DNA of 42,875 nucleotides. Source: an uncultured delta proteobacterium (GTDB lineage: Bacteria > Desulfobacterota > Syntrophobacteria > BM002). The stretch covers positions 1-42,875 of the forward strand of contig CAVQGX010000045.1 of NCBI GenBank assembly GCA_963712115.1, read 5' to 3'. How positions within the stretch are numbered: the first letter of the stretch is position 1; every line of letters begins with the position of its first letter. The translations under genes and the position numbers were made by a program. The notes under the pieces are model-generated. The model did not search any database. It was not told where the DNA came from and worked only from the letters and a program-made list of their open reading frames with translations. Below, one piece after another: positions 34,544-42,875 of the stretch.

Positions 34544-34778
34544 AAAATGCCTAAAGTGAACTAAAGTGAGCTAAAATGCCTAAAATTAACCATCGTTGCA
34601 GTCGTTCAAATCGTAAAGGCTCAAGGAGCCAGAATGGAAGAATGCTCTTTTTGTTTTTGCCTCCTGGATTCTGAATTCTAGCTCCTTAATTCTTAAATAA
34701 TTTGGTGCCTAGTGCTTAGTTCCTAGTACCTAGTTTTCATTGCTGCAGCTGTCCTCTGCCCTCCGACCTCTGCCTCCT
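34544..34778. repeat. Four different tandem-unit arrays stacked in one spacer
   Basis: AAAATGCCT/AAAGTGARCT 9-10-mers (34544-34587); AGGAGCC..ATTCTGA inverted heptamers (34624-34686); TAGTNCY (34703-34734); CTGNCCT (34749-34778). Confidence 0.75.
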
Positions 34779-36534
34779 ATCCAATCGTTGCTTCCTCGTA
34801 TAACTCTTCCTCCAATTTCTGGCGGCGGTACAAGGCAGCATAGAGCCCACTTTGCGCCATAAGCTGATCGTGATTTCCCTGCTCCTGCAAGCGCCCCTGG
34901 TCAAAGACAAAAACCACGTCAGCAGCGCGCATGACCTCTAAGCGGTGCGAAGCGATAATGGTAGTTCTGTTCTGGAAATAGCGGTTGAGATTGCTGAGAA
35001 TGGCCAGTTCTGTTTCAAAATCCACTGAAGAGAAGCAGTCGTCGAGAATTAGCAAAGGCGCAGACAACAACAGCGCCCTGGCAAGAGTGAGGCGCTGCTT
35101 TTGACCACCGGACAAAGTAACGCCACGTTCTCCCAGGAGGGTATCGAACTGCTGGGGCAGGGCGAGGATTTCCTTGAGTAGATGTGCCGCCTCAGCAGCT
35201 TTTGTAATCTCTTCCATGCTGGCGCTCGGATTCCCGAAACAAATGTTTGCTTTAACCGTGTCTGCAAAGATAAAAGGATCCTGGGATACCACCGCGATGG
35301 CTCGCCGAAGCTCCTCCAGAGGGTAGCGATGTATTTCCTCTCCATCAAGGAAAAGCTTGCCGTAAGGTATATCGTAGAGGCGGGGTAATAACTGGCAAAG
35401 AGTGCTTTTCCCAGCACCTGTGCGGCCGACTATCCCCACCACCTGTCCGGGTTTGATTCTCAGATGGACATTCTCCAGAGCCGGCAATTTGAAACCGGGA
35501 TATGTAAAGCTAATCCCCCTACCTTCAATATCGCCATGGGTAAGGGGTTGATTGACTACTTCTGACTCATCATCGATTTCGGCAGGGGTGTCCAGAATTG
35601 TTTTAATTCTGCCTAAAGAGGCCGATCCCCGTTGAAATAAATTTATCATCCACCCAAGGGCCATCATGGGCCAGGCGAGGATGAGCAGATAGCTGTTAAA
35701 GGCAACGAAGTCACCGGTAGAAATTGTGTTTAGAATGGTAAGCTTGCCGCCGACCACAAGGACCAAGGCCATGCTCAGGTTTGTAAATAAAAGACTCATG
35801 GGGGAAAAGAGGCCGCCAATTTTAACCATACCGAGATTTTCTGCGATATATTCCCTCCCGGTTTGATCAAAGCGTCTGGCTTCCGCCTCTTCCTGGGTAT
35901 AGGCCTTTATTGCGCGTATGCCGGCGAGATTCTCTCTGGCGCGCTCTGTCAGGCGGGAGAAGGAGGCCTGCACTTGTCGGAAGCGCTCGTAGAAAGTCTT
36001 ACTTATGGTACGGGCGAAAAGGGCGATGAAAGGCATGGGCAACAGGGCAATAAGGGTAAGAGCGGGATTAATGTATAGCATGAAGCCAATCGCAGCAGTT
36101 CCCAGAACCAGGGTATCTGTAAGAGCTACCAGCCCCATACCGGTTGCCAGCTGCACCGCTTGGATGTCATTGGTGGCGTGAGCCATAAGATCCCCGGTGC
36201 TAGCCCTGTCAAAGTAAGAGAAAGGAAGAGTTTGTAAGTGGGCAAAAAGACGATTCCGCAGAGCCTCTTCAACTTGACGGGAATGGCCAAAAAGGCACCG
36301 CCTCCACACGAAGCGGAAGACTACGATGCCCAAGGCCAAGGCCAGAACCATCCCGGCATAGGCTAGAAGTCTGGAGCTAGTGGCCTGGTAGCGAGTGAGG
36401 TCGTCCACAGCCAGCTTGATGACCCTTGGAATCAGGAGCTGCAAAAAATCCACCAGTAGCAGCGAGCCGACTCCCATGACAATTATGCTAAGATTCTGGC
36501 GAAAATATGGAAGAAGAATACGATAGTGGGTCAT
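34777..36534 (-). CDS. ABC exporter permease/ATPase, MdlA-like half
   Basis: TGDLMAHATND, GRTGAGKS, LSGGQKQR, degenerate ILDDCFS. Confidence 0.93.
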   Translation of the reverse strand: MTHYRILLPYFRQNLSIIVMGVGSLLLVDFLQLLIPRVIKLAVDDLTRYQATSSRLLAYAGMVLALALGIVVFRFVWRRCLFGHSRQVEEALRNRLFAHLQTLPFSYFDRASTGDLMAHATNDIQAVQLATGMGLVALTDTLVLGTAAIGFMLYINPALTLIALLPMPFIALFARTISKTFYERFRQVQASFSRLTERARENLAGIRAIKAYTQEEAEARRFDQTGREYIAENLGMVKIGGLFSPMSLLFTNLSMALVLVVGGKLTILNTISTGDFVAFNSYLLILAWPMMALGWMINLFQRGSASLGRIKTILDTPAEIDDESEVVNQPLTHGDIEGRGISFTYPGFKLPALENVHLRIKPGQVVGIVGRTGAGKSTLCQLLPRLYDIPYGKLFLDGEEIHRYPLEELRRAIAVVSQDPFIFADTVKANICFGNPSASMEEITKAAEAAHLLKEILALPQQFDTLLGERGVTLSGGQKQRLTLARALLLSAPLLILDDCFSSVDFETELAILSNLNRYFQNRTTIIASHRLEVMRAADVVFVFDQGRLQEQGNHDQLMAQSGLYAALYRRQKLEEELYEEATIG

Positions 36535-36642
36535 GGTTGGATATTATCATAAAGAGGCTGGAGAGTTTAGGTCTGCTTGTGGCGCATTGAAGAGCGAGAC
36601 GTCTCGCCGTGTAGTTCCTAGAGCTGACCGCTGTCCCCTGGA

Positions 36643-37860
36643 TTACAGCATACTCTTTTCGCTTTCTTCAATGGCTTTGTCTACTTTTGCTTGTAGCTCC
36701 GGGGGCAACCCTTCGATTTGCACATTCAAAAAACCCCTAACAATTGTGGCGGTGGCTTCTTCCTCGGAGAGCCCGCGGGCCATCAAGTACTCAATTTCCT
36801 CTTCAGCGATTTTACCCACCGCCGCCTCGTGCGACATTTCCGCCCCGGACCTGTGAGCTTCCAGCTCCGGTATGGCGTGGATGATGCCTTCATCAGCAAG
36901 GATAAGCCCGTGGCATTCAAGGTGAGCCTTGACATTCGGCTTCAAGCCTATTAAATGACCCCTCGCCTTGATCAATCCTCCGGTTGTAATAGCCCTAGAG
37001 ACTATCTCAGCCCGGGTGTTGGAGGCTTCCAACACCACCCGAGCGCCTGTGTCAAGCTCACACCCTGGAGGAGACAGCAGAATTGAGTGAAAGCGAGCCA
37101 CCGCCCCAGGCCCTATTAAGCGAGTGGTGGGGTACATTTGCAGCGAGCGCACGGGCCTTAAGCTCACATAATTGGAGAGAAACAAGCCATCCTCTTCAAC
37201 CACGATACCCGATCGGGGTCTTACCATTACCTCTTCAGCCCAATCGTGAATCATGGTGAAAGTGAGTTTCGCTCCTCGTTTAACGTAAAATTCAGAGATA
37301 CCTATATGAATACCTGTTTGTAGACTAGGGGCTGTGGCGCAACCGGTGATTATATTGAGTTCAGAACCTTCTTCGGCGATTATGACGTTATGAACATTCT
37401 GGGCCGTATTGTCATGTTTCATATAGAGGCAGGCTTGAATGGGAGTGGTGACACGTTGTCCCTCGAGAGCCCGGATAAAGTAGCCGTTTTGAAAATGTAG
37501 TTCAGCCTGTGCTGTGTATTTGTCAGCATCCACTGGGACGGCCTGCCAGTAGAATTCTTCCAGCCAAGGATGCTCCTCCATGGCCTGAGCCATGGGGAGT
37601 ACTTCTAACCCCGGCTGCTTGACCGCGCAATGGACAATTCGATTGTCTGCCTGCAAGAAAGTCCCGGCCCTGTTCTGCTCATCGAGATCAACGCCCGATT
37701 GGATGATCTTCGCTCGGTCTTCTTGAGTTAGTCCCTCAAGGTCTAGGGGATCAGTTTTATCGTCCGAAAGTAGCTGGTACTTAAGCAGGTCAATATCTGT
37801 GCCAAAGGCAGCCTTCTTATCTTTAGCCTGTGCTGCTTGGGTTTTTCTCACCTTTGACAT
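36643..37860 (-). CDS. sufB: SufB/SufD-family Fe-S scaffold (SmsB-type)
   Basis: IITGCAT, GISEFYV, QMYP, AHLECHGL, IPELE, SHEAAVGKI, YLMARG; AGGAG RBS before ATG 37860. Confidence 0.9.
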   Translation of the reverse strand: MSKVRKTQAAQAKDKKAAFGTDIDLLKYQLLSDDKTDPLDLEGLTQEDRAKIIQSGVDLDEQNRAGTFLQADNRIVHCAVKQPGLEVLPMAQAMEEHPWLEEFYWQAVPVDADKYTAQAELHFQNGYFIRALEGQRVTTPIQACLYMKHDNTAQNVHNVIIAEEGSELNIITGCATAPSLQTGIHIGISEFYVKRGAKLTFTMIHDWAEEVMVRPRSGIVVEEDGLFLSNYVSLRPVRSLQMYPTTRLIGPGAVARFHSILLSPPGCELDTGARVVLEASNTRAEIVSRAITTGGLIKARGHLIGLKPNVKAHLECHGLILADEGIIHAIPELEAHRSGAEMSHEAAVGKIAEEEIEYLMARGLSEEEATATIVRGFLNVQIEGLPPELQAKVDKAIEESEKSML

Positions 37861-38570
37861 TTGAGACACTCCTGGTATCCGTGTCGCTGGATTCCTTTGA
37901 AAAGCTCGCGAGGATTACCACGGCAGTGGATACGGCCGTCCAAGAGCACGTAGCCAGCGTCTGCTTCTATATAGTTGAGAATGAAACCCAAGTGGGAGAT
38001 GACCAGACCTGATTTGGCCCGTTTACGCCAGAGATACTTTTCCAGCAGCTTATTTATAGCTTTTCCCAGGATTTGAAGATTCTCCAAGTCAACTCCAGAT
38101 TCAGGCTCGTCCAGCATCACCAACTCAGGGTCCTGGAGGAGTAGCTGTAGTAGCTCAGATTTTTTCATCTCACCGCCGGAAAAGCCAACATTTAGTTCTC
38201 GTTCTAAGAGACCCGAAAAATTAAACTTATCTGCCAGGTCATCACATGATACCGCATTGATGTTGCAGACGTTGAAAACGTCACGGGTCTTGACCCCCCG
38301 AATACTAGGTGGACGTTGGAATGCCATACCGATTCCCATTTTTGCCCGTTCATCAATGGGTAATTTGGTGATATCCACACCTTTAAAAGAAATTCGGCCC
38401 TGTCGCACCTTGTACCTGCGGAAACCCATAATGGTCATGAGGAGGGAAGATTTGCCCGAACCGTTCTTGCCAAAAAGGATATGGGTTTCGCCACTAGGGA
38501 TGGTCAGGTTGACGCCTTTTAAAACCTCTTTACCGTTGACATCCACCCAAAGGTCATTTATTTCCAACAT
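37848..38570 (-). CDS. sufC: SufC-family ABC ATPase (SmsC-type) with C-terminal CxxC
   Basis: GKNGSGKS, GFSGGE, LDEPESGVD, GYQECLKC. Confidence 0.92.
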   Translation of the reverse strand: MLEINDLWVDVNGKEVLKGVNLTIPSGETHILFGKNGSGKSSLLMTIMGFRRYKVRQGRISFKGVDITKLPIDERAKMGIGMAFQRPPSIRGVKTRDVFNVCNINAVSCDDLADKFNFSGLLERELNVGFSGGEMKKSELLQLLLQDPELVMLDEPESGVDLENLQILGKAINKLLEKYLWRKRAKSGLVISHLGFILNYIEADAGYVLLDGRIHCRGNPRELFKGIQRHGYQECLKCQR

Positions 38571-38587
38571 GTGATAATCTCCCTCTA

Positions 38588-38715
38588 GGAAATTGAGGAA
38601 TTAGGGATTGAGGAATTGATAATGATTAAGAGAACCTTTGGATTTGCCATGCCCTAATCCCTTAATCCCTAAATTCCTGAATCCTAAATTATCCCTATTT
38701 CGAAATTCGAAATTG
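38588..38715. repeat. Inverted 8-mer arrays (GGAATTGA / AATCCCT) plus ATTTCGA units
   Basis: GGAAATTG AGGAATTA GGGATTG AGGAATTG ... CCCTAAT CCCTTAAT CCCTAAAT TCCTGAAT. Confidence 0.78.
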
Positions 38716-38751
38716 CTCGGGCCGCTTCTAGCGGGCTAAAAATGCGTGCTT

Positions 38752-38780
38752 ACCATAACCGATAGCGTATGAAAATGCAA
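38752..38780 (-). promoter_or_regulatory. Possible sigma70 promoter for sufCB
   Basis: TTGCAT-17 nt-TATGGT on the minus strand. Confidence 0.4.
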
Positions 38781-38810
38781 TAAATCCCATGGCGCAGAGC
38801 GGTTGCTCAG

Positions 38811-38894
38811 ATTTCGCATTTATCAATTTTCATTTTCCATTCTCAAAGCAAAAGTACCAAAGCTAATCAATAAATGATAAATGATAAATGAGAA
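38811..38894. repeat. Inverted ATTTTCN / AAATGAT heptamer arrays
   Basis: ATTTCGC ATTTTATC AATTTTC ATTTTCC ATTCTCA ... AAATGAT AAATGAT AAATGAG. Confidence 0.72.
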
Positions 38895-39011
38895 ACGTGC
38901 GGTGGGCACAGCCCACTGAACAAAGCTTGCTCTACCCAAGCAAAAGTGTTACGGTAACGATCTTCACAGGTTTTGCTTGCACTATGTAGATCCAGGAGCA
39001 TTGAAACAGTT

Positions 39012-39200
39012 ATGGGTGCTGGCTCTATCTTTTTGATGAGGATGGGTTTAGGCATTCTCTTTGCCTTTATTTTAGTGAAGATATTTCACCTCGGCGGCGG
39101 TATCTTGACAATGGCAGGTTTTGCAGTCTTTTTTGTAGGGCTTGCATATCTACTCGCCCATTTGCGGGAAAGAAGACAGAGTCAAGAGCGACTGAGGTGA
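39012..39200 (+). CDS. Small 2-TM membrane protein (62 aa)
   Basis: AGGAG upstream; two hydrophobic helices and a basic tail. Confidence 0.65.
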   Translation: MGAGSIFLMRMGLGILFAFILVKIFHLGGGILTMAGFAVFFVGLAYLLAHLRERRQSQERLR

Positions 39201-39366
39201 TTGTTGACAGTTGCAGAAATGTTTGGTCATATTTATTATTAACACTGCTGCCATGTTTTTGGTGAAATATTTATCAGTGTTTCCAGCTTTAGGGTTTCGT
39301 TTTGATTTTTGTTTCGAAGTCAGCCGTTATCCCATTGTTGATACAAATCTAATATGAGGTGATCAA

Positions 39367-40416
39367 ATGAGTCCAATGGACTGGAAAGGGCCACCGTCGC
39401 GAGGCCCCGGGGGCATAAAAGATTTCGAAGAAATTCTGCAAAAGATCCGCGAAAAATTTCGAGGCAGGTTTCGCTTGGGCGGCTCCTTGTGGCTCTTCAT
39501 TCTGGCGGCGCTCATTGTTGCCGCTGGCTATGCCAGTGTCTATACCGTGGCCCCAGAAGAGACTGGAGTGATTCAGCGTTTCGGTCGCTATGTGCGGTTA
39601 ACCGGTCCGGGCCTGCATTTCAAGCTGCCTTTCGGTATTGAGACGGTGGGCAAAGTCAAGACAGGTCGAAATTTCCAGATGGAGTTCGGCTACAGGACGG
39701 TAGAAGCTGGGGTTCGTTCACGCTTTACTGAAAGGGGTTTTAAAGAAGAGTCACTCATGCTGAGTGGTGACCTCAACGTGGTCGATCTTCAGTGGACCGT
39801 GCAATACAAGATCGGGGATCCAAAGGATTTTCTCTTTCAGGTGAAGGATGTGGATAGTGCCATTCGAGATATGTCCGAATCGGTCATGCGGAGGGTGGTT
39901 GGAAACCGGCTTTTCGACTTCGTCCTTACAGTAGGACGTGCCGAGATCGCCGACAGAGTTAAAATGGAAATGCAAAAGGTTCTGGACTCCTATCGCACCG
40001 GCATCCAGGTGGTCAACGTCAAGATGCAAAATGTGACTCCGCCAGAGCCGGTGGAGGCTGCCTTCAATGAAGTGAACGAAGCTGAACAGGAAAGAGAGTC
40101 AAAGATCAACCAGGCTCAGGGCGCCTATAATCGGGAGATCCCTAAAGCTAAAGGTAGTGCTTTGCAGACCATATCACAGGCCGAAGGCTACGCTTTGGAA
40201 AGGGTGAATAAGGCGGAGGGCGAGGCGAAACGTTTTCTCGACGTGCTTAAAGAATATCGCCAGGCAAAGGATGTTACCAAAAGACGTCTTTATTTAGAGA
40301 GCATGAACCAACTGCTCGACAAGGTAGATGAAATCTACGTGATTGACGCAGACCAGAAGGGACTAGTTCCCCTGCTTGATCTCCAGAAAGCGCGAGGAAA
40401 GACAAATGAAAAGTAG
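39367..40416 (+). CDS. hflK: FtsH modulator HflK
   Basis: SPFH domain, GVIQRFG..TGPGLHFK, MLSGDLN, PPEPVEAAF, AEGEAKRF, RRLYLE. Confidence 0.95.
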   Translation: MSPMDWKGPPSRGPGGIKDFEEILQKIREKFRGRFRLGGSLWLFILAALIVAAGYASVYTVAPEETGVIQRFGRYVRLTGPGLHFKLPFGIETVGKVKTGRNFQMEFGYRTVEAGVRSRFTERGFKEESLMLSGDLNVVDLQWTVQYKIGDPKDFLFQVKDVDSAIRDMSESVMRRVVGNRLFDFVLTVGRAEIADRVKMEMQKVLDSYRTGIQVVNVKMQNVTPPEPVEAAFNEVNEAEQERESKINQAQGAYNREIPKAKGSALQTISQAEGYALERVNKAEGEAKRFLDVLKEYRQAKDVTKRRLYLESMNQLLDKVDEIYVIDADQKGLVPLLDLQKARGKTNEK

Positions 40417-41362
40417 AGCAATGCAGGTACTGCTTGCCCTGATTGTAGTCGCCGCTATAGTTTCCACGGGCGCATTTTATGTGGTAAATGAAGGCGAACA
40501 GGTGGTAATCACCCAGTTCGGCAGGCCCGTGGGAGCTGCTGTCAAGGATGCCGGTCTTAACTTCAAAATACCCTTCATTCAAGCGGTGAACCGGTTTGAG
40601 AAGCGTCTTCTTAACTGGGACGGTAGCCCCAACCAGATTCCTACCAAGGACAAGAAGCTCATCTGGGTGGACACGACTGCTCGCTGGCGTATCAGTGATC
40701 CGCTACTGTATCTGACCCGGGTGACCACCATTACCACCGCACTTTCGCGGCTGGATGGTATTATCGATTCTGTGGTCCGGGACGCTGTTTCAGAAAACGA
40801 TTTAGTGGAACTTATACGCAGTGAGGGCTGGGCGGGTGAGGTGGGTGCGCAGGTAAGCGATGCTGGCTACGCTCAGAAGGAAATGGAGGAAGTGAGTCGT
40901 CCTCTGAAAGTGGGCCGTGAAAAGATCACCAGGGCAATGCTGCTGTCTGCTTCGAAACTTACTCCCGAATTCGGCATTGAACTGGTGGATGTGCGGATCA
41001 AGCGGATCAATTACGTGGATAGCGTTTTGAAGAAGGTTTTTGAAAGAATGATCTCCGAGCGTAAACGAATCGCTGCCCAGTATCGCTCAGAGGGTGAAGG
41101 TGAGGCGGCGAGAATCAACGGGGAGATGCAAAAGGAGCTGAAACGAATCTCCTCGGAAGCCTTTCGCACAGCACAGGAAATTCGAGGGAAAGCTGATGCC
41201 GAGGCCACAAAAATCTATGGCAGCGCCTATAACCAGGATCCGGGATTCTATTCCTTTTCCAAGACCCTAGAACTCTACCGGGAGCAGGATTACAACAAAA
41301 CGAGGATGATATTGACCACAGATAGCGATTTTTACAAATATCTGAAGGAAATTCCTCGTTAG
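40406..41362 (+). CDS. hflC: FtsH modulator HflC
   Basis: VITQFG, GLNFKIPFIQ, TKDKK, FERMISER, RSEGEGEA, IRGKADA. Confidence 0.95.
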   Translation: MKSRAMQVLLALIVVAAIVSTGAFYVVNEGEQVVITQFGRPVGAAVKDAGLNFKIPFIQAVNRFEKRLLNWDGSPNQIPTKDKKLIWVDTTARWRISDPLLYLTRVTTITTALSRLDGIIDSVVRDAVSENDLVELIRSEGWAGEVGAQVSDAGYAQKEMEEVSRPLKVGREKITRAMLLSASKLTPEFGIELVDVRIKRINYVDSVLKKVFERMISERKRIAAQYRSEGEGEAARINGEMQKELKRISSEAFRTAQEIRGKADAEATKIYGSAYNQDPGFYSFSKTLELYREQDYNKTRMILTTDSDFYKYLKEIPR

Positions 41363-41465
41363 GAGAGAAAGAAAGAAAAAAAATGATAAAATACGAATTT
41401 TTCGTATTGTGCTTTAATGCAATTTGTGTATAGTGGGGAAAGGTCTGCGCGGTTCGTACCGTGTT

Positions 41466-41510
41466 GCCCCTAACGGTGTTTGATACAAACATCGCTGGGG
41501 GCTTTTTTTT
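41466..41510 (+). terminator. Intrinsic terminator downstream of hflC (or of a small RNA)
   Basis: GCCCCTAACGGTGTTTG-ata-CAAACATCGCTGGGGGC followed by T8. Confidence 0.75.
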
Positions 41511-41522
41511 GGCAGGTGTTTC

Positions 41523-41705
41523 TAGCCCGGATATTTCATAAATGGCCTACTGCGACCGCGGATATGGTCGTCCTTCCTGGCGTCCTCGGGTCACGCCCCC
41601 TGCGACGTACTGTCAAGTACGTCTCGGGTTCGAGTCCCTGCGGTTGCCAGGTTGCAAGCCCATCTTCACGATCTCGTGACGGCAATTCATGAAATATCCG
41701 GGCTA
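41523..41705 (-). mobile_element. MITE-like TIR element, copy 3 (183 bp, opposite orientation)
   Basis: TAGCCCGGATATTTCATAAAT ... ATTCATGAAATATCCGGGCTA; reverse complement of the interior matches copies 1 and 2 (CCCGAGGACGCCAGGAAGGACG). Confidence 0.9.
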
Positions 41706-42680
41706 AAGCAACTCGGAATACAAATCTTCGATACCCTCTATCTCCTCCTGCAGATAAGACCTAATCTTCTTGGTGATTCTAACTTGTATCTGCCGCACGC
41801 GCTCGCGGCTGATTCCGTAAACGTCCCCAATTTCTTGCAGAGTAAGCGGTTCTTCGGCTATTAGTCTGTTGTCGAAAATAAATCTCTCTTTCTTCGGCAG
41901 AGTGGTTCTGAACTCGGCAAGTTTTTCTTTGAGGATTTCTCTTCTTTCGAAGTCTGCGAGTTGTTCGTCTGCGCCGATCTGATCGGAAGGGATGAAAGAT
42001 TGGTGGTCGCTCTCCGAGCCTTCTTTGATAGGAGCATCAAGAGACACCTCCCAGCTACCCAGCCGCTGATCCATTTCGATTACTTCAGATTCTTTTACAT
42101 CCAACCGCTCAGCCAGCAACTTAGGTCTCGGCTCATATCCCATGGCCAGCAAGTTTTCTTTTTCTTTACGAAGATTGAAAAAAAGCTTGCGCTGGGCCTG
42201 GGTGGTACCGATCTTGACAAGTTTCCAATTGTCCATGATGAATTTGATGATGTAAGCCTTGATCCAGAAAGAGGCATAGTAGGAGAGTTTAAAACCGCGG
42301 TATGGGTCGAATTTTTTTACTGCCTGCATCAATCCAATATTACCTTCCTGAATCAGATCCATTAGATTACGCATCCAGTGGCGCTGAAAGCTCAGGGCAA
42401 TTTTCACGACCAATCTAAGATTCGAGGTGATGAGCCGGTAGGCTGCTTCCATATCGCCCTTTTCTTTATAACGAATGGCCAGCCTCTGTTCTTCTTCTCG
42501 GCTCAGAAGGGGATACCTCTTTATCTCCATGAGATAGTGTTTGAGGGGATCATAAGTGACGAGGGAGTCTGAAGAGTAACTCTTCAGGGGCGCAATTTCG
42601 CTCTCGTCGAAATCGAAGTCGAAATCTTGATTGTGATTTTTCTCCTCTTCCTTTGCTTTTTTTGCTCTTTTCTCTGCCAT
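41703..42680 (-). CDS. rpoH: RNA polymerase sigma-32 factor RpoH
   Basis: NLRLVVKIA, DLIQEGNIGL, YASFWIKA, RpoH box QRKLFFNLR, SRERVRQI. Confidence 0.92.
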   Translation of the reverse strand: MAEKRAKKAKEEEKNHNQDFDFDFDESEIAPLKSYSSDSLVTYDPLKHYLMEIKRYPLLSREEEQRLAIRYKEKGDMEAAYRLITSNLRLVVKIALSFQRHWMRNLMDLIQEGNIGLMQAVKKFDPYRGFKLSYYASFWIKAYIIKFIMDNWKLVKIGTTQAQRKLFFNLRKEKENLLAMGYEPRPKLLAERLDVKESEVIEMDQRLGSWEVSLDAPIKEGSESDHQSFIPSDQIGADEQLADFERREILKEKLAEFRTTLPKKERFIFDNRLIAEEPLTLQEIGDVYGISRERVRQIQVRITKKIRSYLQEEIEGIEDLYSELL

Positions 42681-42748
42681 CTTGCAGTTTTCCCTTTTGC
42701 TTAACTGTCCTGCGGAGTGTGGATATAAGCAACCACAGAGAAACAATC

Positions 42749-42777
42749 AAAATACCCTAGGTATGTTGTCATGTCAA
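42749..42777 (-). promoter_or_regulatory. sigma70 promoter for rpoH
   Basis: TTGACA-17 nt-TATTTT on the minus strand. Confidence 0.6.
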
Positions 42778-42835
42778 GCTGACCTTGATTGCATGACCAT
42801 TTAACCTTGGTAAATGATACTTGTTGCTGTCTTTT

Positions 42836-42875
42836 AAATGATAATTGAGAAATGCGAAATGGGAAATGAAAAATG
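42836..42875. repeat. AAATGNN heptamer array running off the window
   Basis: AAATGAT AATTGAG AAATGCG AAATGGG AAATGAA AATG. Confidence 0.75.

Noticed and set aside
39296-39340. sigma32 promoter for hflKC (CCCATT)
   Set aside because: No convincing CTTGAA -35 element at the proper spacing.
7392-42572. Numerous antisense and alternate-frame ORFs of 60-230 aa in the ORF track
   Set aside because: They lie within well-supported genes and have no recognisable motifs; shadow ORFs.
141-42875. Repeat arrays as a CRISPR locus
   Set aside because: No identical 25-45 bp repeats with regular unique spacers, and no cas genes.

Overview
Chromosomal, mostly housekeeping and redox region of an anaerobic deltaproteobacterium (Desulfobacterota-like, inferred from the DVU0772/rubredoxin/rubrerythrin cluster, FdhAB-FdhE, SmsCB-type SufCB and RpoH). 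In order it holds a partial tRNA-Leu(TAA), a radical SAM gene and NTPase, an oxidative-stress cluster with several tiny Cys-rich genes missed by the ORF track, ferritin-like, PilZ and PreP genes, and a Tat-exported selenocysteine formate dehydrogenase that also carries a +1 frameshift. Next come a periplasmic peroxiredoxin paired with a hidden UxxC selenoprotein, a non-canonical ferredoxin, SulP/USP, SixA, an orphan ModA-like protein, rhomboid, aconitase, YbgA, ArfB, EamA, an MdlAB-like ABC pair, SufCB, HflKC and RpoH. No integrase, transposase or CRISPR array is visible. The most unusual signal is non-coding. Most long intergenic spacers carry degenerate 7-10-mer tandem arrays of many unit types, often arranged as inverted arms. 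There are also three copies of a ~183-254 bp TIR element whose terminal TAG is the stop codon of the neighbouring gene in two cases, a related 150 bp element, and a ~40-50 bp hairpin module inserted at AT^TCG inside two different host repeats. All family assignments come from motif recognition, not database searches.
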